Shown: in pieces, positions 39,651-53,149 of the stretch
Layout of the letters: the number at the start of each line of letters is the position of its first letter
Numbering within the stretch: the first letter of the stretch is position 1
NCBI RefSeq assembly: GCF_001194135.2
Contig: NC_068987.1
Span: 105,468,209-105,532,208, forward strand
From: Octopus bimaculoides
Lineage: Eukaryota
DNA length: 64,000 nucleotides
Reading direction: 5' to 3'
Translations under genes and position numbers: made by a program
Notes under the pieces: model-generated
What the model saw: only the letters and a program-made list of their open reading frames with translations
Databases searched by the model: none
What the model was told of the DNA's origin: nothing

Positions 39651-40529
39651 AAAATGATTTAATAGTAAGTGTCGCTAAGCCATTGGGTGATGGAATTACA
39701 ACGTGATATATATTTGGCTGCAGCAGGAAGCAGGTGGGAACAAAAACAGGGGAATCACTATATGGTGGCAGTTTTGCTGTTCGCAGCAGACATAGCCGTG
39801 GGGAAGATCTGACAAGCTACGAAACAAATCCTAAACAACTTTTACATGACAATCCCGATCAGCCACAATAGAAAGTGTGATGAGCGCGCACCGTAAACAG
39901 TTTTATTCCAACTCAACATCTTTAGCTTCTCGACTAATCGTCTTGACAGAGATGTAGTATTGTGTCGACGCCCCCCCCCCCCAAGCGAAGGAGTAGGATC
40001 TCCCAAGACATATAAATAGAGGTAGTCTGGCCGTGGTAGGGTGTTGAGTAGCAGTCGAGTAGCAGTTGTGTAGCGGTTGAGTAGAGATCATCCGAGGGTG
40101 CTAGATAGCAGTAGCTTGAGACATAACCTGTAGCTTAGCTTATATAGAACCTACTGCGAACTCACCTGACTGCTTTTAACCATAAGTTCGGATCTCCTCT
40201 GACAACGCTTACGTTATTAAGCACCAACAAAATTCTTTATCCATTTAGTTTCACATAAGACGCATAAAGCTGATTGGTTATTCGAAGCAGTAACACGTTT
40301 TTGCTAGTTCCTGTAAACAGCCCTTTCTTCCCTACAAAAGCAATACCCACACATATGTATGCATATTAATTCCAAGATACATCTCGCAGATGCTCTGGAA
40401 TGCATCACCAGTGATGCTCCCGTAATCTTAGAGGGTTCCAAGTTTTTCAATATTAGACACCTCACTTACTGAATTCAATCAGGATTGATGAAGTTCCGGC
40501 TTACATCCCAGATGTAACAAGCCACAAGT

Positions 40530-40790
40530 ATTCTTTCTTTATCCAAAGCCATCTATTGACTTTATCTACGTCTCTTTCCTACGTCAATAATTCCAAACCC
40601 GGTCAGAGTCTTTTAGAAATACCGTCCAACAAAGCCGAGTAGTCTACTTCACTTGGCTCGCTGCGTGTTCGCAAATTTTTGGCTTCTGAAGTGCTCTGAC
40701 ATTTAGGAAGCCTTTTCTTATGAGCCTCCTCAATGTGTTCTTCCTAGGACACAGTCAGATACTTACCGCATGATCATCTGTTAGATGGAT
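40530..40790 (-). pseudogene. Decayed RLE endonuclease remnant of a HERO/NeSL-type non-LTR element
   Basis: The minus strand gives, across frameshifts, QMIM..LTVS*EEHIEEAHKKR, EPSEVD..GFVG and KVNRWLWIKK, matching the LTVPWEE.IEEAHERK / PIEVGCRGF / SRWLWIKR pattern recalled for this clade. Confidence 0.55.
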
Positions 40791-41971
40791 TATGAGAAGG
40801 GCATGCCTTGTTATTCTGCAAAAACCTGTACATATAACACTTCATTGTACTTGTAACAGTGTGTTAAATATCATCTCGCCATCGAATCTATTTGTAACAT
40901 CGAATCTATTTGTAATAGCTGTGTTATAGACCCAGTATGCCGAGTGGTTAAGAAATTCGCTTTACAACCACAAGCTTTTGAGTAAATGTCTTTTTCTAAA
41001 GCGTGATATTTACTCATATCTGGTGAATGAAATTGGGCTGACGGAAACTGTGTTGAAGGCCGTCGGATAGATTCTATCCCTTATTGAAACGCTACAGTCT
41101 TGTCGCGCACTGTGTCCCGTTGAACCTGCTTAAGAAATACGTGAGAAGTTCACGTGTCAATGGAATGATCCCCCACTTACATATGAATTCAGGAGTAGCT
41201 GTGATAAATTTATAGAAAATTAAATTTGCTCAAGATGCCTGGTAATGGGACCGAATCTGGGACTTTGTGATTGCACAGCAAACTTTTCTTAATTATTCGG
41301 CCATACTGTACTTACTACATAGAGACTGTACAACTGAATCCTCATCGACAAATGAGGGAAATCCATCACCACCACCATCGTCTCTGTGTAATATTTACTT
41401 CATGTCGAAATTAAAGTCCCGTATCGATGTACAATTAATAATTGAATAATAGCCCGTTGTAGTTACATTTATCTAAGGACCAGTGGAAAATGTACATAAA
41501 ACCAGTTGTGTTTGAGATAGAAGTGAATTTGTTAATTCCATACACGTGTTTCTCAGCTTTCTGTATTTGAGTAAAGTGAAACTGAACACCCATATTAAGG
41601 GTATGATTCTGTGTCTACCTTCAAGATCCAGTTTACTTCATCTTTCTTTTTATCTCGCTTTCAATCTATGAATCAATAAATCCATGCAACTATAAAGAAC
41701 AGAGTCGGCAGAAATTGTAAAGAGCCAGACTAAATTGTACAACAGCAATTTGTCTTGTTCCTCTTGTTCCATGTTTGAAATTCTCGCCGGAGTAGTCTTT
41801 ACGTTACATGAATCCAAGAGCGGCTAAAATAAATATTAGTAATACACGGCGTCAATTTAATCAATTGATTATAGCCCGAAAGGAGAGTGGAGGTGTAGTT
41901 ATGTAAGAAATCAATATCACAAATCATGCTGTGTTGGACCTACCTACCTACCTACCTACCTACCTACCTAC

Positions 41972-42027
<56 letters not shown>

Positions 42028-42182
42028 TTAGCTACTGGCCAAGATATATTAAATTGAGACTTTTCAAAATATAATAAATCTTCCAAAACATGGGAACACA
42101 GAAGGAACACAAGAGAGAGATAATAGGAGGTCGTAGAGAGAAAGACAAAGACAAAGCGAAAACAAACAGAAAAGAAATGAAC

Positions 42183-42219
<37 letters not shown>

Positions 42220-42269
42220 GGGGAGAGAGATAGATATATAGATATATAAAATTAAGGAAGGAGATGTTA

Positions 42270-42300
<31 letters not shown>

Positions 42301-42417
42301 TATGTATATATATGTATAGGTATATATGTATATAAATATATATGTATATATATGTATATATATATTATATATAAATATATATTTATATACATGCAGACAT
42401 ACATGTATATGTATATG

Positions 42418-42535
<118 letters not shown>

Positions 42536-42543
42536 TATGTGCA

Positions 42544-42574
<31 letters not shown>

Positions 42575-42586
42575 TATATATATGCC

Positions 42587-42617
<31 letters not shown>

Positions 42618-43130
42618 TTATACATGCACACACTCACACACATACACATAATATATATAGACACGCTCATATAGATAAATATATATATGTATGTATATAT
42701 ATATATATATGTATATATATGTGTGTGTGTGTATATATATACACACACATATATACATATATATATGTATGCATATATATATACATATATATACATGCAT
42801 ATATATATATGGGGAAAGAAGGAGAGAGAGAAAAGGAAGGAGTAGACAGAAGAACCTGGAAGCAAGGCTTGAATTGATTAATTCCAAACTTGATAAGAAT
42901 GGCAAATAGTCAGTTTAGGGATTAAATATTTAGTTTTAATATTGGATTTGGAATCATTTCTGATGTTCACATTTGTACATTTAAATGTCCTTCACAGTGT
43001 GTATCCGTATGTGTATGTATTTGTGTATGAATGTACGTATGTATGTATGTGTGCATGCATGTATCATACATGTATATATACAGACATTTATATGTATTCT
43101 TATATATACATACATACATACATACATACA

Positions 43131-43184
<54 letters not shown>

Positions 43185-43884
43185 AATATATATATATAAT
43201 TGTATATATAGGTATATATGTCTTTCAGCGTACCTGTATATGTTTGTATGCCTGTAATGCATGCATGTATGTACATACATGTGTATGTATGTATGTATGT
43301 ATGTATGTACGTACGCACGTATGTGGGTGTGTACGTAATGTTCTTCAGGTTAAATCTTCCGAATTTCTCACCAATGTATATAGAATCAATTTCCAACCTT
43401 GAAATAAGGATATTTTATCTGAATTTTATGCCTGTGTAGCCGTATTTATGCACGCATGCCCGTATACATGCATGTGTGGACGCATTTAAGCGTTTATTAT
43501 ATCTATGCATGCGCGTACGAATTTGGTTATCATTTGTATGTACAAATTCGCGTGTCTCTACCTATGAATGCGTACGCAAATGTATGTTTGTACGGGTACC
43601 AATGCACTTAATCCAAGCTAAGCTTTTCGATTGTCTTACTTATTTTCATAGCCCCTTTAATGATATGTACATTTAATTTCCTGATTATTTGTGCTCTTTC
43701 AGCCTTTGTGAGGCCCTGTTTCTCAATATTGGTGTTGAAGCAGTTAGTTTTGTAAAATCTCATCGACTTGTGAAGATAAAATTGGCTTCAAAACTCAAGA
43801 ACGGTATCGACCTATTCTTTGTAATCAAGGTAAACTGTGACCAAATTCCTTCTATGGAGCTGCACGTCAGACATTACACTCTTG

Positions 43885-44075
43885 CTAATTAAAATATATT
43901 CAATAGGCACGGTTTCGTTCTACGGCGTGGCAACTTGGGTGCGTGTCCTCTACTATCGCCCCAGAGCGATCTATATCTTGTGAGTGAATTTGGTAGACGG
44001 AAATTGCGTGGAAGCCCATCGTATACATACATACAAACATACATACACGTATACATACTTGCACGCACACACACT
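43885..44075 (-). mobile_element. SINE family B, 5' part, decayed
   Basis: caacttgggtgcgtgtcctctactatcgcccc...tttggtagacggaaattgcgtggaagcccatcgta matches the family B head-core; orientation read as for other copies, decayed. Confidence 0.5.
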
Positions 44076-44114
44076 CGTGCGCACACAGACCCCCACCCCA
44101 CACTCACACAGTAA

Positions 44115-44345
44115 GGCGGCGAGCTGGCAGAAACGTTAGCACGCCGGGTGAAATGCTTAGCGGTATTTCGTCTGCCTTTACGTTCTGAGTTCAAATTCCG
44201 CGGAGGTCGACTTTGCCTTTCAACCTTTCGGGATCGATTAAATAAGTACCATTTACGCACTGAGGTCGATATAATCGACTTAATCCGTTTTTCTGCCTTT
44301 GTTTGTCCCCTTTGTGTGTAGCCCCTTGTGGGTAGTAAAGAAATA
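44115..44345 (+). mobile_element. SINE family A2, full length
   Basis: ggcggcgagctggcagaaacgttagc...gtttgtcccctttgtgtgtagccccttgtgggtagtaaagaaata. Confidence 0.9.
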
Positions 44346-44358
44346 ACACATACGCATA

Positions 44359-44747
44359 CAGTAAAAACAATTGATATGGAAGATAGAATGTATCAGAAAC
44401 TTTGTTTGTCACAACGATCGTTTCGACACATTCTGCGCTGCACTGCTCCGTCGTAGGTGGGAAACTATAAAATGAATTCCAATGGCTTCTCGTTACATAA
44501 TTGGTGTTTCATTATTAAGCTTACCTAGAGCATGTTGATAGTAGTCGTATCTAAAATAGATTGAGGTGGAATGTAACGAGAAACTAAGTTGTATTCCCTG
44601 AAGAGATGCTTCTGCACTGCGGGGTACACTGGAATTCCTTTTATAGCTTTCCACCCACGAAGGAGAAGTGCAGGATGTGTCTAAACGATAGTTGTGATAA
44701 ATAACGTTTCCAGTATATTCTATTTTCCGTATTAATTGTTTATACTA
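44359..44747. mobile_element. TA-flanked MITE with ~140-bp imperfect inverted arms (pogo/Tigger-like CAGTA terminus)
   Basis: TA|cagtaaaaacaattgatatggaagatagaat...ttctcgttacat (44359-44498) versus atgtaacgag...attctattttccgtattaattgtttatacta|TA (44571-44747). Confidence 0.75.
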
Positions 44748-46907
44748 TACTCAACCTGTACTGTGAAATTCCTAACGTAGATCCGGCGACGACTGTGCAA
44801 TTACCGTGGTTGACACCAGGTAGCCACAAGCAGAGAACGTGCTTTACCGACATACTATTAGGGACATACTCAAAACAGTTTGAATTTTAAATTTAAATCT
44901 AGACTTTAATTATATATACATATGTATGTGTGTGTGCATGGGTCTGTATTTTTGTTTGTTCCCCATCATAGCTTCCCAACCGATGTTGGTTTTTTTACGT
45001 CGCCGTAACAATGGTTTGGAAAAATAAGTACTGGGTTCGATTTATTCGATTAAACTCCTCGAAGTGGATCCCTAATGTGACCACAATCCAATGACAGAAT
45101 TCAGCAAAAATTAAGAGGTAAAAGCACATCATTAAATACTTGTCTTCTCAGCTGTTTGTTCAGCTTTGATGACATCATTACTATCACCGTGACCCTGGAG
45201 GGTACATTTTGACATAAAGTATACGTTTTACATTAGAGTTTGGCATCCAAATTGGCAGGTGTGTTTGCCATTGTAGTGCCGTTGTCTTTGAACATCAATT
45301 ATATTTCTACTCTTGTCATCTTGTTTGCTATGTTACATCACTGTTGAAAGCATGCTTGTAAAGGTCTTTATATTTCGATAGACAATCAAGATTTTTACTG
45401 ATATGTTTTTATGTACGTATGTAGGTATATATGTATGTATGTATGTATTATGTATTTATGTATGTATGCATGTATGTATGTACATATATGACTGTATGCA
45501 TATATTAATGGTTGTATCTGTGTATCTATGTATGCATGTACGTATACATATAAGTATGCGTGTATCCTTACATGTCGTTGTATATTTCTGAATCACTATG
45601 TTTTGACATATGTCTCTGAAAATATGGCTTCTCTTGTGTATATGTATCTACTACAGGCTATGCATCAGAAATATTTTACATATTTTCACAATTCCACTTT
45701 GAGTTTGTAATATCCTAATTAACTGCGTTATTTTTAGTTTTATGGACGGTAACTCCTCACCATTAGTACTGAGGTACTTAGATACATGTCCATCTGTCTT
45801 AATACTCAGTAGTATAATTCTAACGTTAAAGGCTCGATGTAGTGTCCACACCATTCTTTTAATTTTGATTAAGAATTATTATATTGATAATAATATGAAA
45901 GAGAAATGTTAAGGGAATATATTGGTAAAGGTTTCGTAAAATTTTATCCATTAGAAAAAAAAGATATTTGATTCTAATTCTCAAATTTTTACCAATTTCT
46001 ACGTGATATTAAAGGATACTACTCATATATGAACAAAACTAATTCTTAGGCGCACATACAGCAAAAGATAAAAGACAACACAAATCGATAAAAAGAGTTC
46101 TAATATTTATTTTCATTAGTCTAAATTATTTATAATAAAAAATGAAATTGTTTGCTTAACTTTTTGTAGTATGGCTTTTTAAAGCCCATTTTTGAATAAA
46201 TTATTTTAATAACAAGATTATTTAATAAAATATTATTTTTTAAAATTTTGTCTCTATGAACAGTACTGAATCATGTAGCAGGGCTGTTAAGAAAAGGCAA
46301 ATGACAAAAACTCAAATATTTTAACAGTCAATTTTCACTATTTAAAAATGTTTAAACATGGAGTTAATTATTTGCATGCTAAAAATGACTTTATTTATAA
46401 TTTATTTATTAATTTTATAGTAAATAGAATATGATTATTTGTGGATTTGTTTCTATGAGCAGTACTGAAGCCTGTAGTAAGGCTGTTCAAAAAAGGCAAA
46501 TGCTATTTGTACTTATATTTTATTAAATATTAGCTTAATTTATTTAAAATAAAGTTATTTTATTAAATTTGTATCCTCGTTTTTTTTCATTATTTTTAAA
46601 ATTCTTTAAATATATTCATTTGTAACCTTGTCTCTGTATGGTACCGAAATTACAGTTGCAATAATTCACTTTTAATTTAATTGGTAAATGAGAATTAGTC
46701 AAATGAAAAAGATCGAAATTTTGTTTGAGTTTTCTTGGAAATTTTTGAATTCAAAATGACTGCAAAAAATGGCAAGTTTATATATTTTTAATGAAAATTT
46801 TACTTTTACTGCAATACCTATAAAAACACTGGGCTAGCCAATGAAAAATGCGGATGCATACTAACAATATTCTTAACAATTAAATCTGGAAAAGTAGAGG
46901 ACAAGAA

Positions 46908-47112
46908 AAAGTTCATTAAAATTAGAGCTTAAAATATTGCTGCTAAAATTTAAATTTTAGATTTTTTAATCAATTCATTTCGTACAAAAAATAAAATTAA
47001 ATTAAAAAAGGAAAAGTGAAATTAATTGAATTTTAAAAAATATGCTAAAGTACCCAAGAGGTATTTTAGTTTTAATATTCGCAGCAATTTTTTAAGCTAA
47101 TTTTAATGAGTT
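46908..47112. repeat. AT-rich imperfect inverted repeat ending at a gap
   Basis: gttcattaaaattagagcttaaaatattgctgc versus gcagcaattttttaagctaattttaatgagtt. Confidence 0.6.
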
Positions 47113-47676
47113 NNNNNNNNNNAGCTACTGTATTGAATCAAATATTTGCTGGTGAGCAGAACACGAGCAAATCACCAGTAATATCTCCCAGAGTTGAATA
47201 CTCAGCTTTGTATCACTTCATTATTTATCTCAGACATAATAATTATCGGCAAACACACCACGTATCCTAAAATGCATCGGGGCACTAAGTGTTTGGATAG
47301 ATTCTAATCTGACCTTTAAAATGTAATTCAAACCGCGAGAAAAACTTCCTAAAACACACACAAAAAAAAGAACCAGCCACAAAAAGATCCCAATTTGTGC
47401 TCATTCAGATCTGCGTAAGTAACCATATTATTTTCTCGTAGGAAGCTGTTCTTCAAATGAACCTGTAAATGTGGAACTAAAATAATGTCAATCGCATTTC
47501 TTTCTAACCTTGGTCGCCATCCTGAATGAGTAGCGTAACCCTCCTGTACTTTGGTGTCATGGTACCTGCCAGTTTTTGACATGAGGGTTTTTCAGCCAGT
47601 ACATTAAATAATTTTTATATTTTTCGTTTCATTCATTCGACGCTTTTTTTTTATATGTTTTAAATATTTCGATTTA

Positions 47677-48101
47677 CCTTAAATCCTCGAGTATAATCCG
47701 CACTGTTTTCCCAAAATTTAAAGGTCAAAATTTCTAGTGCGTTCTATATACGAGGTTAAAAATGAAAAATATTTTCTAAGGAAAATTTTCTAAGTGATAA
47801 ATATGTGAAGGCAATTTACTTAATATTTATTTTTCACTGACGTTATTACTGTTATTTCTTTATTTTCTGCAAACAAAATGCACAAAAAAGCTACACGTTT
47901 GCATTATGTTATATATACAATAATAATAAAGGACGTTACCGTATATACGTTTACAAACCAAGGACGTTATATAGATCTCCTTGACTCAAGTTAGAGAAGG
48001 GGTGCGTATTATACACAAGGTTTAGGTTTTTCAGAGGTAGAGCCCCTTAAAAATCCCCTGCGAATTATACTCAAGGGCGGACTATACTCGAGGGTTTACG
48101 G
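47677..48101. mobile_element. Tc1/mariner (pogo-like) MITE, 425 bp, TA TSD
   Basis: TA|ccttaaatcctcgagtataatccgc ... gcggactatactcgagggtttacgg|TA (25-bp TIR, few mismatches), with repeated subterminal tgcg..tata..c.agg motifs. Confidence 0.85.
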
Positions 48102-48482
48102 TATATGTTTTATACACTTTTCATTTTATGTCAAGTTCAAGTTCTATTTAAGCATTCCTAAGCAATGTTAGCATTATTTTTTAATACTGATATCGCCGTC
48201 TGATTGAGGGATTCTGTCCTATGTGTTGAAACTTTGAAAATTTCCGATCGGCAACTGAAGTGGAGAAGTTATTTTATATGTAGTATTTGTTTTCATTCTT
48301 CGATTGTCTACTGTCTTCGTAGGCTTCTAAATATTTCTGAGAAATTTGATTAAATTAAAATAATTTAATTGATTTTTGTATAGGGAGTGTGATTTATAAA
48401 GGACTTTATTTGTAGTGCACGTTATTTTGCCACGAGAATGCAATTTAGTTCGTAGCTTGATGTTGATCAATAATGCTACAAG

Positions 48483-48517
<35 letters not shown>

Positions 48518-48919
48518 TTTCATTTGGGTGTTAACACTGGAATTTATTCTATTAAGCTCATCCACAGACCCATGCTATCAGACAGATGGTAATCCGGAGA
48601 TTGCTTGTTATATCAAACGCATGGCTGCATGCCTGAAATTCCACAAATAACATCATTCATGAAGTTTGTATGTATCATGAGTCCTCGCTCATTTTCCTTG
48701 AAGCATGCGTAGGAACTATAATATAAACTTGCGTTTATTCTTATTTTTCCTTCTTTTGCTCTGTAGTTCATAACTAGTAGCATTACTTTGTATAGAGCTC
48801 ACTTAACAACTATACGCGAAGTAGAATGGAATATGATAATGTTCGTGAAACTCTAAACATAACAGTAGCATTCGTACATCTATATGTACACTCATTCTCT
48901 GATATATATATACATAAAT

Positions 48920-49176
48920 AAACAATAAATTGAGAGATTCAATTGACAACCTAATAATTTATTTATATTATAAGATAACATAAACCATTATTTGAAAACC
49001 AAAAAAGCCAACAATTTGTTTCGACTTAATGTATATAAGTCGAAACAAATTGCTAGCATTTTTGGTTCTTTAATAATTTTTTAATGTTATATTATATTCA
49101 TAGTATATTATGTTGTATTATACTATAAATAAATTATTAGATTGTCAATTGAATCTCTCGATTTAATTTATTGTTT
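48920..49176. mobile_element. ~257-bp near-complete palindrome (hairpin MITE-like)
   Basis: aaacaataaatt..gagagattcaattgacaa..taataatttatttata / tataaataaattatta..ttgtcaattgaatctctc..aatttattgttt; central stem caatttgtttcgactta / taagtcgaaacaaattg with a 7-nt loop. Confidence 0.8.
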
Positions 49177-50250
49177 GTAATTTGCATTATACCCTCGTTT
49201 CTGTGGTATTCAACTGAAGTACCAGTGAATTGGATGTGTTACACACTCCCAAGAAGGAATTTCGTTCCTTAGTTTGTTACTTTAATACACAGACACTCTC
49301 TCTCTCACACACACACGTACATACATATGTATATATGTATATATGTATATATGCATGTATGTATATATATAGATGTAAATATATATATGTATATATGTAC
49401 TTTATCTTTTAGTTGTTTCACACAATCAAACATGTGTATGTATGAATATATGTATGTAACTATTTACATGTACATACATACATATATACACACATGCATG
49501 CATTCACACATACATACATAATGTATGTGTATATGTTTGTATGTCTGTGACCGCGTGTGTATATATGTGTAAACTGACGAAAGACCAGCGTTAGTAGCTG
49601 TGTTTTTTAACTTAATGTTTCTAAAAGTAGAGACCGATAAAATAAGAACCAGTTTGAAAGAAATACTACGGTAAATATGAATTAAACCATTGAAGGCTGT
49701 GCTCCAGAATGGCTACCGCCCAATATGTTGGTCTATGGAAAGAACATACACAAATACACACACGCATTCACAAACATATCTGTGTGTGCGTACGCGCACG
49801 TGTATGAGTGTGTGTTTGTTTGTACGCACTTCTGCGTGTATCTCAGAATATTTGAAATCAACGATGAAAATGATAGGGATGTTAAAGTGAAAATAAAGGG
49901 CAGTTATTAGTTTGACGCTCAATGAGAGAATAAGACAGTGTGCTTCTCATGTTTTGAGATTATCCCTTCTTCAAAAAGTTAGAGATAATTAGGAGAATGA
50001 AACGTGTAGAGGAAAGAAAGTAAATGAGAGTAACGAAGATAAGTGGTTTGGTCTGTGCGAAGTTATGCTCTCAAGAGCTGAGGTCGAATAACTAGCAGAG
50101 AAACAGAAGGAATGCTGTTTCATACGTACAAGGGGAACAAGGGAAGTAACTGAGCCTAAAATATGTAGGCATGTGATACTTGGGTACAGTTTTAATGATT
50201 TCATTGTGAGCCTAGTATATAGGGCTAGTGTCTGTCAGTGTATAGGCGTG

Positions 50251-50302
<52 letters not shown>

Positions 50303-50938
50303 ATGTCAGTATGTGTAAATGAGTAGGTGTTTTTTTCAGTGTTAGTCATCATTAACATATTTGCAGTTTTAGTTGTTAGTATAGTGTGTATGTGTGTGTG
50401 TCAGGGCATGTGTGTGTATGTGTGTGTGTGAGTGTGCATGCGTGTACATTGCAAACCAGTATGGATATGTGGTTACAGTGTATGCATATATTTTGAAAAA
50501 AAATGTACAAAAAATACGTCTGAGTGCATGAGTTTGCATATACATATACATAGTAAGTGGACGTACATTTAGAGATTTATTAATATAGGAATACACACGC
50601 ACACACATGTGTATACACACACACACATGTGTGTATACACACACACACACACACACACATATATACATACACCATACATTTACATACGCTGAAACTGAAA
50701 GTTTGGTAAAGACAGACATTCACACGTATACACATACATAGAAACAAGTTTTGTTATGCTGAGAGAACTCAATAGCTTACGCAGCGTATGTGTGTCTATG
50801 TATGTGTGTGTGTGTGTGCGCATGTGTGTAGGCGTGTGTATGAGCGTGCGTGTGTATTTGTGCTTGTATTATCTATTTGAAATATTTATCCCTGAAGTAT
50901 CTTCAGCTTCATAAAATACATACACACACACATGTATG

Positions 50939-50973
<35 letters not shown>

Positions 50974-51211
50974 CAAAAACACATTCCTACTCTCAACTGT
51001 CCCCTACCTTCTCTTCCCCTCTCATACACACACACACACACACACATGTATATACAGATAAGCATACATATAAACAAACATATACACAGAAGGGAAAGTA
51101 TACTTCTGATGTCAAAACTTCACCTTGTAGATAATTCATAAATTTCCAGCGCCATTCCGGCATCAGACATGGACACACGCGCATACAAACAAGCACACAC
51201 ACACACACACA

Positions 51212-51252
<41 letters not shown>

Positions 51253-51615
51253 ACTAAGCTACCACTACCGAGACTACCCCATGCATCATGTCACCATCTC
51301 AACATCCTCTCTGCCCCAAATTATAGCATCACTTACTCAAATTGCATTATCACCCCATGTGTTAAGATGTTTCGTTGTTGATCCATCTCCCTGTTATCTT
51401 GTTATTTATTATGGTGGTTCTTCTTCTTCTTCTCCTTCTTCTTCGTCGTCGTCGTCGTCGCTAACGTATCAAACAGTCATACACACACATACATGCTAAC
51501 ATAATACATACATACATACATACATACATACGTGTGTTTACGTATTTACGTAAACATGTTTGTAGAGATGTATAAACATAATAGGCACTCACAAAGAGAG
51601 ACAAACACATATAGA

Positions 51616-51662
<47 letters not shown>

Positions 51663-51738
51663 NNNNNNNNNNNNNNNNNNNNNNNNNNNNNNNNNNNNNN
51701 NNNNNNNNNNNNNNNNNNNNNNNNNNNNNNNNNNNNNN

Positions 51739-51782
<44 letters not shown>

Positions 51783-53149
51783 CACATAATATATATACAC
51801 ATATATATATATTTGTACGAATACAAACACACACACTCATATATCTATAGTGTTTATATGTGTGTGTGTGTGTTTGTGTACTTGTACTGAAGCCGCATTG
51901 TACTGTATTGTTCTTTAATTCTATTGTTTTGCTTGCCAACGCTTCTCTTGTCACTTTTTACCCTCCTTGTGAAAGAACTACTATTTATTCCACCAAATCG
52001 TATTATATAAAATAATAAATTAAATCATTGTTGTTGTTTTCACAATACTTTCTACTTTCTCTGCCTCCCCGCTCCTCCATCCCGCCATATTTTTTTCATA
52101 ATATATTTTTCAATTAATGTTTTCTTTTCTCTTATTCTCTTTTCAAAATCATTAACATACAACCAAAGTGTAGTTGTAATTATAGAAACGGCACTTAAAT
52201 ATTTTATGATTTTATTGTGTAGTTAGGCGAGGAAGATCAGTGCCCCTGACCTTTTTCTGGGCCTTCTAGACAGGTAGGGGAGAGCAAAGAAAGAAACCAC
52301 GACTCTAAACTTATCCTTAGACCAGAGAGCTGCGGTTTTATGCTGTACTTTTATGTTATACTGTTATGCTATGCAGTTTTGTGCAGGAGAAGTAAATATG
52401 GAAAAAATTCTTATTTTGATATTTTTTATTGGCGTGTCGATTTTTCTGCTCGACAAGTAGCCTAAATCTCCCTCAAAGCAAACAATAGCCTTAATAATGA
52501 TTTAAAAAAAACAGCCTTAAAAAGAAGAAAAAAAAACAGCAACATAGTTCAGACTTCCAAAAAATAAGGAGCATTCATGGTTTTAATGTTTTTGATCGTA
52601 GGTATACTCTATCAGAGTTGACATATTAGGCAATAACAATAACATGAACAACATCTATAAAGACAACATCATCATCGACAATCAATCAGCCAATAAGGGA
52701 ATCTTATAGTTTAGAGCTGTGTCGTCTCTATTCCACTCGATTCGCAAGAAATAATAGCTAGTTTTCCCTCAAATTACTTCTGTCATCTTGAAAATGTGAC
52801 GGCATATAATATAATGCCACAAAAGCAATAACAATCATGGTTTTGGACGTGCCAAAAAGAGAGCCTCGACGTAGTCATTCAACTAGCAAGAAATAGCGGC
52901 CAAATCTCTCTCAAAGTAAACTCCATCGTTTTAAGTAAAGAAGGACGTATTGGTTAATATTGTTTTAGATACTATTAAAAGAAAAGAAAAACAGCAGTCA
53001 GGGCTTGAATACATTTGATCACAGGTCTGCATAATAAAGGAAGATCTGGGACTAGAAATCATAATCCTCATCTTCAATAAGAAAGGCGTAGGAGCAGCTC
53101 ATTTCCCCAAAGAACAAAAAAAGCGAAATGATTTCTAACGGAGACAAAG

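Noticed and set aside
39954-40228. Possible solo LTR (TG...CA ends, TATA-like tatataaata)
   Set aside because: No TSD, no canonical poly(A) signal, no PBS/PPT and no second copy in the window.
47400-47600. Possible small exons (ORF 47349-47582 and splice-like sites)
   Set aside because: No recognisable protein motif, and the implied intron is implausibly short.
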